Shown here: positions 22,740 through 32,000 of the stretch, one piece after another | Layout: every line of letters begins with the position of its first letter | How positions within the stretch are numbered: position 1 is the stretch's first letter | The notes under the pieces: generated by a model | The model's database searches: none | What the model was told of the DNA's origin: nothing | What the model saw: the letters and a program-made list of their open reading frames with translations, nothing else | Source of the DNA: Buchnera aphidicola str. APS (Acyrthosiphon pisum) | GTDB lineage: Bacteria; Pseudomonadota; Gammaproteobacteria; Enterobacterales; Enterobacteriaceae | Length of the DNA: 32,000 bases | Direction: 5' to 3' | Assembly: GCF_000009605.1 (NCBI RefSeq) | Contig: NC_002528.1 | Span: 420,001-452,000, forward strand | Translations under genes and position numbers: made by a program

Positions 22740-22879
22740 AAAACCAGTATTTTTTATATATATTGTATATTAAATGAACTAAATATTAAAAAATTTGTTA
22801 GTTAAAAATTTACTGAAAAATATGTAATTAGAATATACTATAAAATATATTGTGATTTACGTTTAACCCTATATTATTC

Positions 22880-22933
22880 ATGACGTTAGGAACGAAAGAG
22901 ACCGAACTCTTTTGATCTTTCAAGGAACAAAGA
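22880..22933 (+). promoter_or_regulatory. csrA 5' leader with short hairpin and GGA motifs
   Basis: TGACGTTAGGAACGAAAGAGACCGAACTCTTTTGATCTTTCAAGGAACAAAGAATG: hairpin AAAGAG-ACCGAA-CTCTTT plus GGA triplets, one within the Shine-Dalgarno region. Confidence 0.55.
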
Positions 22934-23107
22934 ATGCTTATTCTAACTCGTCGGGTCGGCGAAACATTAATAATTGGCGATGAAATAACTGTAACAGTAC
23001 TAGGAGTAAAAGGAAACCAAGTACGTATTGGTGTAAATGCCCCTAAAGAAGTTTCGGTACATCGTGAAGAAATATATCAACGTATTCAAGCTGAGAAAAA
23101 AAAATAA
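22934..23107 (+). CDS. csrA: Carbon storage regulator CsrA
   Basis: 57 aa ORF below the ORF-track cutoff: [57 protein letters not shown]. Lies between alaS and tRNA-Ser as in E. coli. Confidence 0.98.
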
Positions 23108-23122
23108 AAAATATAATCCATA

Positions 23123-23153
23123 CTACGTCTTACTGTACTCAAGTAAGATGTAG
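23123..23153 (+). terminator. Candidate hairpin/terminator after csrA
   Basis: CTACGTCTTACT - GTACTCA - AGTAAGATGTAG, 12-bp stem with one G-U pair. Followed by CTTGAATATTTAATTTTT; the U-tract is weak and displaced. Confidence 0.5.
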
Positions 23154-23265
23154 CTTGAATATTTAATTTTTCAATAAACTGAAAAAGACATCATTGATAT
23201 AAAAAAATATGTTTGACTTATATAAAAAAAAAAGTAAAATAAAATAAAAATATCTTTTATAGTTA

Positions 23266-23357
23266 GGTGAGATGGCCGAGAGGATTAAGGCGCTCCCCTG
23301 CTAAGGGAGTATGCAGAAATACCTGCATCGAGGGTTCGAATCCCTCTCTCACCGCCA
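23266..23357 (+). tRNA. serV: tRNA-Ser (anticodon GCU), CCA encoded
   Basis: GGTGAGATGGCCGAGAGGATTAAGGCGCTCCCCTGCTAAGGGAGTATGCAGAAATACCTGCATCGAGGGTTCGAATCCCTCTCTCACCGCCA. Confidence 0.96.
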
Positions 23358-23374
23358 CCAATTAAATTTTTATT

Positions 23375-23448
23375 GCATCCGTAGCTCAGTTGGATAGAGT
23401 ACTCGGCTACGAACCGAGCGGTCGGAGGTTCGAATCCTTCCGGATGCA
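23375..23448 (+). tRNA. tRNA-Arg (anticodon ACG), CCA not encoded
   Basis: GCATCCGTAGCTCAGTTGGATAGAGTACTCGGCTACGAACCGAGCGGTCGGAGGTTCGAATCCTTCCGGATGCA followed by AAAA. Corresponds to the argV-type gene next to serV. Confidence 0.96.
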
Positions 23449-23564
23449 AAAATAAAGAATCAAAATCATCTCTCAACTAAAAAACAAAAAAAGTATCGAT
23501 AAAAATAATAAATTTAAAAATATTTTTACAAAAGTATTTGAATATTTTAGATTAGGAGATAACA

Positions 23565-25121
23565 TTGATAGAAGATATCTCAAAAAAAATCGCTTGGTTA
23601 AAAAAAAATCCAAAAATGTTAAAAGGAATTTTTCGAGGAATCGAACGTGAAACCTTAAGAATTCAAAAAAATGGACATTTTTCTAAAACAATACATCCGT
23701 ATTTAATCGGATCCTCTTTAACACATAAATGGATTACTACAGACTTTTCGGAAAATTTATTAGAATTCATCACACCTACTAGCGATAATATAGATTATTT
23801 ATTATCCTTTTTAACAGATCTTCATTCTTTTACAGCATCAAAAATAAAGAATGAACGCATGTGGCCTTTTAGCATCCCTTATTGTTTTAACGATCAAACA
23901 AATATTCAAATAGCTCAATATGGAAAATCTAATATTGGAAAAATGAAAACTACTTATAGAATAGGTTTAAAAAATCGCTACGGCGATTTGATAAATACTA
24001 TTTCAGGTATACACTATAATTTTTCATTACCTTTGTTTTTTTGGACAAACTGGGAAAATAATCAAAATAAAAAAAATAATACTGATCTTATTTCATCTGG
24101 ATACTTAAATTTAATCAGAAATTATTATCGATTTGGTTGGATTGTTCCGTATTTGTTTGGATCATCACCAGCAATATCATCATTTTTTTTAAAGAATACA
24201 AAAAAAAAATATAAATTTAAAAAAAATAAAGAAGATATATTTTATTTGCCATGGTCTACTTCATTAAGACTTAGTGACATTGGATATTCTAACACTAACA
24301 TTCTAGACCTAAATATTATGTTTAATGATTTTAATGAATATATTGAATCATTTCAAAACGCCCTGAAAACACCATCAAAAAAATTTATTAATATAGGATT
24401 AAAAGATGAACATGGCAATTTCAAACAATTAAATACTAATATTTTGCAAATAGAAAACGAACTTTACACTCAAATAAGACCCAAAAGAAAAACAAAAGAT
24501 GGAGAATCTCTTCTAGAAGCGTTAAAAAATAGGGGTATTGAATATGTTGAAATACGTTCTTTAGATGTCAATCCATTTTCACCTATAGGAATAAATAAAA
24601 ATCAAATACTTTTATTAGATCTATTTTTAATTTGGTGTGCTTTAATCGATTCACCTAAAATTGATAAAACAGATTTTTTATTGACAACTAAAAATTGGGA
24701 AAGAATTATTTATGAAGGAAGAAAACCTAATCAGAAGATTTATATTAACAATAACAATGAAACAAAAACATTAATTGAAATAGGGCAAATTATATTTAAA
24801 GATTTAAATGAAATTGCTTTGATACTCGATTCCAATTCAAATGATTTATTATATCAAAAAGCATGTAAAGAAACTCAATTATTTTTAAAAAATCCAGAAT
24901 TAACTTATTCTGCTCAATGTTTAAATTTTTTAATGACAACCGGAATAAAAAAAACAGGTCTCTATTTGGCAAATAAATACCACGAAAAATTTATTAATAA
25001 AAATTACTTCAACTTAAATCAAAGTGTTTTAGAACAAGAAGTTATACGTTCTCATCAAAAAAAAATAGAAATAGAGAGAGAAGATATATTATCATTTGAA
25101 GAATACATTAGAAACAAATAA
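23565..25121 (+). CDS. gshA: Glutamate-cysteine ligase GshA (TTG start)
   Basis: 518 aa. [44 protein letters not shown] start preceded by TAGGAG. Confidence 0.96.
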   Translation: MIEDISKKIAWLKKNPKMLKGIFRGIERETLRIQKNGHFSKTIHPYLIGSSLTHKWITTDFSENLLEFITPTSDNIDYLLSFLTDLHSFTASKIKNERMWPFSIPYCFNDQTNIQIAQYGKSNIGKMKTTYRIGLKNRYGDLINTISGIHYNFSLPLFFWTNWENNQNKKNNTDLISSGYLNLIRNYYRFGWIVPYLFGSSPAISSFFLKNTKKKYKFKKNKEDIFYLPWSTSLRLSDIGYSNTNILDLNIMFNDFNEYIESFQNALKTPSKKFINIGLKDEHGNFKQLNTNILQIENELYTQIRPKRKTKDGESLLEALKNRGIEYVEIRSLDVNPFSPIGINKNQILLLDLFLIWCALIDSPKIDKTDFLLTTKNWERIIYEGRKPNQKIYINNNNETKTLIEIGQIIFKDLNEIALILDSNSNDLLYQKACKETQLFLKNPELTYSAQCLNFLMTTGIKKTGLYLANKYHEKFINKNYFNLNQSVLEQEVIRSHQKKIEIEREDILSFEEYIRNK

Positions 25122-25124
25122 TTC

Positions 25125-25146
25125 TCCCATGCTAACAAACATGGGA
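25125..25146. terminator. Hairpin downstream of gshA; possible terminator
   Basis: TCCCATG ... CATGGGA inverted repeat just after the gshA stop, without a clear T-run. Confidence 0.3.
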
Positions 25147-25267
25147 TGTACATAAAGATAATAATACATGCTTTCATATTGCATACACTTTTTCTACATT
25201 TAAATAGTATTTTTAAGATATTCTATCTTTAAAAAAATCAAATTATCAAATTATCAAAATAATTCTC

Positions 25268-26404
25268 TTAAGATAATTCATTTACCTTGTCAAGATTTTC
25301 CCATGGAAATTCTTTTCTACCAAAATGTCCATATACTGCTGTTTTTAAATAAATAGGCTGAAGAAGATTAAGCATTTTAATTAATCCATACGGACGCAAA
25401 TCAAAAATACTACGAACCAAAGAAATTAAAGCACTATTGCTTATTTTTCCAGTATTGAAAGTATCTATCATAATAGAAATAGGTTCGGCTATTCCAATAG
25501 CGTATGAAAGTTGAATTTCACAACGAGCGGCCAAACCAGAAGCAACAATATTTTTAGCTACGTATCTAGCAGCATATGCTGCAGAACGGTCTACTTTTGA
25601 AGGATCTTTACCAGAAAAAGCACCACCGCCATGTCTAGACATGCCTCCATAGGTATCAACAATAATCTTTCGACCAGTTACACCACAGTCCCCCATAGGC
25701 CCCCCTATTACAAATCTACCTGTGGGATTAATAAAAAATTTTGTATTCTTTGTTAACCATTTATCTGGCAATACTGGTTTAATAATTTCATCCATAACTG
25801 CTTCTTTTAAATATTTCTGAGTAATGTTTTCTTGATGTTGTGTAGATAAAACAACAGTATCTATTGCTATTATATTTCCATTATTATATTTAAATGTAAC
25901 TTGACTTTTAGCATCAGGTCTGAGCCAAGGAAGAATATTTTTTTTTCTCAATTCGGATTGTTTTTGCATTAAAAGATGAGCGTAAGTAATAGGTGCTGGC
26001 ATGAAAAATTCAGTTTCATTAGTAGCATAACCAAATATAATTCCTTGATCTCCTGCTCCTTGTTTTAAAGGATCAAAACGATTTATACCTTGATTAATAT
26101 CTGGTGATTGTTTTCCAATTGCACTTAATACTGCACAAGAATTAGCATCGAATCCTGCATCAGAATTAACATATCCGATATCATTAATAGTCTTTCGAGT
26201 AATTTCTTCAACATCAACCCATGCAGTTGTAGTAATCTCTCCACCAATCAAAACCATTCCTGTTTTTACATAAGTCTCACAAGCAACACGTGCTTTAAGA
26301 TCTTGTTTAAGTATTTCATCAAGAAGAGCGTCAGAAATTTGATCTGCAATTTTATCTGGATGGCCTTCTGAAACTGATTCAGATGTAAAAAGATACTCGG
26401 TCAT
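25268..26404 (-). CDS. metK: S-adenosylmethionine synthetase
   Basis: 378 aa. [56 protein letters not shown]. Confidence 0.98.
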   Translation of the reverse strand: MTEYLFTSESVSEGHPDKIADQISDALLDEILKQDLKARVACETYVKTGMVLIGGEITTTAWVDVEEITRKTINDIGYVNSDAGFDANSCAVLSAIGKQSPDINQGINRFDPLKQGAGDQGIIFGYATNETEFFMPAPITYAHLLMQKQSELRKKNILPWLRPDAKSQVTFKYNNGNIIAIDTVVLSTQHQENITQKYLKEAVMDEIIKPVLPDKWLTKNTKFFINPTGRFVIGGPMGDCGVTGRKIIVDTYGGMSRHGGGAFSGKDPSKVDRSAAYAARYVAKNIVASGLAARCEIQLSYAIGIAEPISIMIDTFNTGKISNSALISLVRSIFDLRPYGLIKMLNLLQPIYLKTAVYGHFGRKEFPWENLDKVNELS

Positions 26405-26678
26405 TTTATATATTTACCTTATTTTAAAATAATTGTATCTTTATATTTTTAAGAAACAAAAATAAATGTAGTATAGATTAAGATCTATATTGTTTTTAAT
26501 TTACAAAAAAGTCTTACTTTATTATAATATTTTTTATATATAAAAAAATTACAAATAGATATTTATTATTAATATATAAAATATAATATATTTTTTAACA
26601 TAAAAAAACGATATGTTTTTATTTTTTAATAACAACATATTAAAAAATTTTGTTTTTTAAAAATAGAAAAAATAAAAA

Positions 26679-27391
26679 ATGATAAAAAAAATGTTTATTG
26701 TTATAATAAGTATGTTTTTTTTTTCTCTTCAAACAAAAGAAGCTATTTTAAAAAAAAAACTATAGAAAATTTCTATCAAGCAAAAATTATATCAATTAAA
26801 ATTCATAAAAATGCACCTGGGTCTTTTTACTGTGGATGTCAAATTATTTGGAAGCAAAAAAAAGGAATTCCTAATCTATATTCTTGTGGGTATAAAATTC
26901 GAAAAAATAAAAATCGTGCTACAAGAATTGAATGGGAGCACGTAGTACCAGCCTGGCAATTTGGACATCAAAAAACATGCTGGAAAAAAGGAGGTCGTAA
27001 AAAATGCATGGAAGATAAAAAATACAAACATATTGAATCTGACCTTCATAATTTACAGCCAGCTATTGGCGAAATAAATGGAGATCGCTCTAATTTTATG
27101 TATGGTCAGTTAAATAATAGTGTTGCACAATATGGAAGATGTAACATGAAAATAGATTTTAAACGAAAAATAGTAGAACCACCTGAAAGAGCTCGAGGTG
27201 CTATAGCCAGAACGTATTTTTATATGAATAAAAAATATAATATTATATTATCAGAAAAAGAAAGAAAAATGTTTACAATATGGGATAAAATTTTCCCCGT
27301 AACAAAATGGGAATGTGAAAGAGAAAAATTAATATTCAACATACAGGGTAATCACAACGATTATGTTTACAAGCACTGCTATAAAAAATAA
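26679..27391 (+). pseudogene. endA: Endonuclease I (EndA) with one frameshift at an A10 tract; otherwise intact
   Basis: Signal peptide in frame 1 ([27 protein letters not shown], stop TAG 26763). The body, in the frame reached by one extra A, is open from 26759: [75 protein letters not shown]...[25 protein letters not shown]...[12 protein letters not shown]...[14 protein letters not shown]. The ORF track caught only 27008-27391. Confidence 0.93.
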
Positions 27392-28124
27392 AAAAATTCC
27401 GCGTATATATATTGAAGATGATTTAGATCTTAATCAATTTTATTTTTTATCAGATGAAAATAGACATTATGTTACAAAAGTTTTAAGAATGAAGATTGAA
27501 GATATCTTAGAAATATTTAATAACACTCACTATATTTTTTTTGCTAAGATAATAGATATTTCTAAGAAAATTATTAAAATTCAAACTTTTAAAAAAATAT
27601 TAAAAAATTTAGAATCTCCACTACATATCCATTTAGGACAAGTTATTTCTAAAAATGAAAAAATGGATTTTACAATTCAAAAATCAATTGAAATAGGTGT
27701 TAAAACCATTACACCATTGTTTTTTGAAAATGATCATTTTCAAAAAAAAAGAATAAATTTTTCTAATAAAATCAAACGTTGGGAAAAAATAGCTATTTCT
27801 GCATGTCGACAGTGTAATCGTAATATTATACCAAAAATTAAAATTCCCATGAATGTCTTTCATTGGTGTGAAAACAATCAAAATAATGATAAAAAAATCA
27901 TTTTTCATCCCAAGTCTACATTAACGATGAAATGTCTAACCGAACCTATAAAATATATCCAAATAATTATTGGATCTGAAAGAGGTTTTTTTAATGATGA
28001 ATTTCAAAAAATTATTAAATATGGATTTATTCCTATAAGATTAGGTCCTAGAATTTTAAGAACAGAGACAGCTTCCGTTGTAGCCATTACTGCATTGCAA
28101 ACAATGTTTGGTGATTTTAAGTAA
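27363..28124 (+). CDS. rsmE: 16S rRNA (uracil-1498-N3)-methyltransferase RsmE
   Basis: 253 aa. [53 protein letters not shown]. Start at 27363 overlaps the endA end by about 29 bp; exact start uncertain. Confidence 0.92.
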   Translation: MFTSTAIKNKKIPRIYIEDDLDLNQFYFLSDENRHYVTKVLRMKIEDILEIFNNTHYIFFAKIIDISKKIIKIQTFKKILKNLESPLHIHLGQVISKNEKMDFTIQKSIEIGVKTITPLFFENDHFQKKRINFSNKIKRWEKIAISACRQCNRNIIPKIKIPMNVFHWCENNQNNDKKIIFHPKSTLTMKCLTEPIKYIQIIIGSERGFFNDEFQKIIKYGFIPIRLGPRILRTETASVVAITALQTMFGDFK

Positions 28125-28197
28125 ATTTAATAAGTCTTGATTATTTTTAATTTGTATTATTTTTAAAAGTAAAAAATTTTAAATATATAAAATATAA

Positions 28198-28869
28198 TTA
28201 TCTATTTTCTTTTTTATTAATAGTTCGTATTCCTTTTTGTGTTCCAATCAAAACAATATCGGCGCTTCTAGAAGCAAATAAACCAACTGTAACTACTCCG
28301 GGTAATGAATTAATTTTTTTTTCCATCGATATAGGATCTTTTATACATAAATTATATACATCTATAATTATATTTCCATTGTCCGTAATAACATTTTTAC
28401 GATATTTTGGCGTTCCACCAATTTTTATCATTTCTCGAAAAATATAAGAAAGAGCCATTGGAATAATTTCAATTGGTAGAGGAAATGTTCCAAGAACATC
28501 TACTTTTTTTGATTTGTCAATAATACAAACAAATTTTTTTGACATTGAAGCAATAATTTTTTCTCTTGTTAAAGCACCTCCTCCACCTTTAATCATTTGC
28601 ATATGATTATTGATTTCATCGGCACTATCGACATAAATAGCAAGAGAACTAAAATTTTTTAAATCAAAAACTTCTATACCGTGTTTTTTTAATAAAACAG
28701 TAGACGAATTAGAACTAGATACGGCTCCATATATCAAATTTTTTATCGTACCGAGTGCTTCAATGAAATAAAAAATAGTTGTACCGGTTCCAACTCCAAT
28801 GATCGTACCAGGATCAATATAATCTAGTGCCGCCCAAGCTGCTTTTTTTTTTAGTTTGTTTAAATTCAT
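28198..28869 (-). CDS. rpiA: Ribose-5-phosphate isomerase A
   Basis: 223 aa. [42 protein letters not shown]. Confidence 0.97.
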   Translation of the reverse strand: MNLNKLKKKAAWAALDYIDPGTIIGVGTGTTIFYFIEALGTIKNLIYGAVSSSNSSTVLLKKHGIEVFDLKNFSSLAIYVDSADEINNHMQMIKGGGGALTREKIIASMSKKFVCIIDKSKKVDVLGTFPLPIEIIPMALSYIFREMIKIGGTPKYRKNVITDNGNIIIDVYNLCIKDPISMEKKINSLPGVVTVGLFASRSADIVLIGTQKGIRTINKKENR

Positions 28870-29055
28870 GATATAGAAGATTATTTTATTTTAAATAAAA
28901 ATTTTAAAATCGAAAATAGTGGCTTTTTAATCTAATTCAATTGACATCTAATATATAATTAAAAATAAATAATTTTATAAAACACATTGTCATTCTTTAT
29001 TTGAAGGAAAATTGTTTAATAGAAAAGTCAAAAATAAAAGATAGTTTTATTAGAT

Positions 29056-29130
29056 TGGCTGGGGTACCTGGATTCGAACCAGGGATGCCGGTATCAAAAA
29101 CCGGTGCCTTAACCACTTGGCTATACCCCA
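29056..29130 (-). tRNA. tRNA-Gln (anticodon UUG), CCA encoded
   Basis: Reverse complement TGGGGTATAGCCAAGTGGTTAAGGCACCGGTTTTTGATACCGGCATCCCTGGTTCGAATCCAGGTACCCCAGCCA; glnU/glnW-like. Confidence 0.96.
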
Positions 29131-29222
29131 TTTTATAAAATATTTTTTAGTTTTTTTATTTATTTTTATTAGAATTTAATTAAAATTATTTTAAATAATT
29201 TTCTAAATTGTATTAAGTAATA

Positions 29223-29304
29223 TACGGGAGGCGAGATTTGAACTCGCACACCTTTCGGCGCCAGAACCTAAATCTGGTGCGTCTACCAATTTCGCCACTC
29301 CCGC
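29223..29304 (-). tRNA. leuW: tRNA-Leu (anticodon UAG), CCA not encoded
   Basis: Reverse complement GCGGGAGTGGCGAAATTGGTAGACGCACCAGATTTAGGTTCTGGCGCCGAAAGGTGTGCGAGTTCAAATCTCGCCTCCCGTA. Confidence 0.95.
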
Positions 29305-29315
29305 TCTATTAAAAA

Positions 29316-29392
29316 TGGTAGCTACGACGGGACTCGAACCCATGACCCCAGCGTTATGAGTGCTGTGCTCTAACCGACTGAGCTACGTAGCC
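29316..29392 (-). tRNA. metT: tRNA-Met (anticodon CAU), elongator type (metT-like), CCA encoded
   Basis: Reverse complement GGCTACGTAGCTCAGTCGGTTAGAGCACAGCACTCATAACGCTGGGGTCATGGGTTCGAGTCCCGTCGTAGCTACCA. It matches elongator tRNA-Met and has neither the initiator CxA mismatch nor tRNA-Ile2 features. Confidence 0.9.
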
Positions 29393-29494
29393 TAATAAAA
29401 ATATTTGTACATAAGAAAAAAATATATTTTATAATATATAAATTGAATAATCAACAAAATTATTGTAATTAGAAAAAATAACAATGGAAATATA

Positions 29495-31210
29495 ATGGAT
29501 ACTAAAAAAGAAATTAAAAACAATAATTTTATTTGTCAAATTATTAATAAAGATTTAAATGAAAATAAAAATTTATCTTTTTATACTCGCTTCCCACCTG
29601 AACCCAATGGGTATCTTCATATTGGTCATGCAAAATCAATATGTTTAAATTTTGAACTTGCGAGTTTATATAAAGGACGATGCAATCTAAGGTTTGATGA
29701 TACAAACCCACTAAAAGAAAATATTAAATACATTGAATCTATCAAACATGATATTAATTGGTTAGGTTATAAATGGCATGGTAATGTTCGTTATGCTTCT
29801 GAATATTTTTTAAAATTATATCAATATGCACAGGAATTGATTAAAAAAGGATTAGCGTATGTAGATCATTTAACAAAAGAACAAATACGTGAGTATCGAG
29901 GAACTTTAAATACCCCGGGTAAAAATAGCCCTTATAGAAATAGAACAATCCAAGAAAATATAGAACTCTTTGAAAAAATGAAAAAAGGAGACTTCTCCGA
30001 AGGAGAAGCATGTTTGCGCGCAAAAATAAATATGAGTTCTTCTTCTATTATTATGCGAGATCCTGTTTTATACCGAATTATTTTTATTAAGCATCATCAG
30101 ACTCAAAATAAATGGTGCATATATCCTATGTATGATTTTGCTCACTGTCTTTCAGATTCTATTGAAGGCATTACTCATTCCTTGTGTACGTTAGAATTTC
30201 AAGATAATAAATTCTTATATAATTGGATTTTAAAAAATACTAGTGTTAAACACTATCCTAAGCAATATGAATTTTCTCGACTTAATTTAGAATTTTCTAT
30301 TTTGTCTAAAAGAAAAATAAAAATACTTATTGATAAAAACATAATAGAAGGTTGGGATGATCCTCGAATACCTACACTTTCTGCTTTAAGAAGAAAAGGA
30401 TACACCCCGTCTTCTATTAAAAATTTTTGTCAAAAAATTGGCGTGACTAAACAAAATAATTTAATAGAATTTTCTATGTTAGAACATTGTATTCGAAAAG
30501 AATTGAACCAGACTGCTATACGTACTATGGCCATATTAGATCCAATTAAAATATTTTTATATAATTTAGATTCAAATTATAAAGAAGAATTTATAGTCCC
30601 AAATCATCCTAATAACCCTGAAATGGGCACTCATAAAATTATTTTTACTAATACTATATATATTGACCGTTCAGATTTTAAAGAAAAATATGATAAAAAA
30701 TATAAAAGATTAAAACTTGGAGAAAAAATACGTCTAAGATATTCTTACATCATTCATGCTGAGAAAATAGAAAAAGATGAATATGGTAATATCTCTAATA
30801 TTATATGTTATTGTGATCTTAATACTTTAGGGAGAAAACCAAAAGATAATAAAAATCCCGCGGTAATACACTGGATATCAGAAAAAAATACACTTTCAGC
30901 AGAATTTAAATTATATGATCAATTATTTAATATAAAAAATCCGGAACAACAAGAAAATTTTTTATTGTATATAAATTCAAAATCATTAATTAAAAAATTT
31001 GGGTTTATAGAAAAAAAAATAGGAGAAGAAATACAAAAAAAAATCAGTAATAATAATATAGAAATATTTTTTCAATTTGAAAGAATTGGTTATTTTTGTA
31101 TAGATTTTATAGATTCTAAAAAAAATCAGTTGGTATTTAATCGTACTGTTGGATTACGTGATACATGGGATTCGAAAAAAATTAAAACAAAAAACATTAC
31201 TAATAATTAG
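29495..31210 (+). CDS. glnS: Glutaminyl-tRNA synthetase
   Basis: 571 aa. [50 protein letters not shown]. Confidence 0.97.
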   Translation: MDTKKEIKNNNFICQIINKDLNENKNLSFYTRFPPEPNGYLHIGHAKSICLNFELASLYKGRCNLRFDDTNPLKENIKYIESIKHDINWLGYKWHGNVRYASEYFLKLYQYAQELIKKGLAYVDHLTKEQIREYRGTLNTPGKNSPYRNRTIQENIELFEKMKKGDFSEGEACLRAKINMSSSSIIMRDPVLYRIIFIKHHQTQNKWCIYPMYDFAHCLSDSIEGITHSLCTLEFQDNKFLYNWILKNTSVKHYPKQYEFSRLNLEFSILSKRKIKILIDKNIIEGWDDPRIPTLSALRRKGYTPSSIKNFCQKIGVTKQNNLIEFSMLEHCIRKELNQTAIRTMAILDPIKIFLYNLDSNYKEEFIVPNHPNNPEMGTHKIIFTNTIYIDRSDFKEKYDKKYKRLKLGEKIRLRYSYIIHAEKIEKDEYGNISNIICYCDLNTLGRKPKDNKNPAVIHWISEKNTLSAEFKLYDQLFNIKNPEQQENFLLYINSKSLIKKFGFIEKKIGEEIQKKISNNNIEIFFQFERIGYFCIDFIDSKKNQLVFNRTVGLRDTWDSKKIKTKNITNN

Positions 31211-31254
31211 TATCAGTATATAATATTAAAGTTATATTATAAATTAAAATATAA

Positions 31255-32000
<746 letters not shown>

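Noticed and set aside
23285-23476. Minus-strand ORF of 63 aa (HPEGFEPPTARF...GGERGIRTLDAG).
   Set aside because: It is antisense to tRNA-Ser and tRNA-Arg. The GFEPPTARF and GGERGIRTLDAG strings are classic artefacts of translating tRNA genes.
26715-26724. T10 tract in the endA signal peptide as the possible frameshift site.
   Set aside because: The frame after the T10 continues a sensible signal sequence (FSLQTKEA) up to the A10, so the lesion is better placed at 26750-26759. A read check at both tracts is still worthwhile.
27008-27391. Short 127-aa ORF as an independent gene.
   Set aside because: It is the C-terminal part of EndA; the frame is open and conserved back to 26759.
27684-30023. 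Minus-strand ORFs 27684..27908 and 29841..30023.
   Set aside because: They lie antisense within rsmE and glnS and have no supporting features.

Overview
This 32 kb window is very AT-rich, densely packed and collinear. It reads as the chromosome of a reduced gammaproteobacterial endosymbiont, most likely Buchnera aphidicola or a close relative. I infer this from base composition and from the gene complement and order, not from a database search. Protein-coding content in order is secG, glmM, ftsH, rlmE, greA | ibaG, murA, rplU, rpmA, obgE | rpsI, rplM | pheA, ffh, rpsP, rimM, trmD, rplS | tldD | aroQ | fis, rluD | bamD, alaS, csrA, gshA | metK | endA, rsmE | rpiA | glnS, pyrG (partial). There are six tRNAs: Leu-GAG, Ser-GCU, Arg-ACG, Gln-UUG, Leu-UAG and Met-CAU. 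No mobile elements, CRISPR arrays, phage genes, toxin-antitoxin or defence modules were seen, and I found no evidence for a new multigene system. The most notable observations are two conserved genes (endA, trmD) that are frame-broken exactly at A10 homopolymers. In both, one extra A restores a conserved full-length protein. This suggests rescue by polymerase slippage, or otherwise recent decay or assembly error. Others are an intact rimM with no standard start codon, a pheA regulatory domain with substituted feedback-inhibition motifs, a BamD homologue with no lipobox cysteine, an apparently preserved csrA leader, and ancestral tRNA operons collapsed to single copies.
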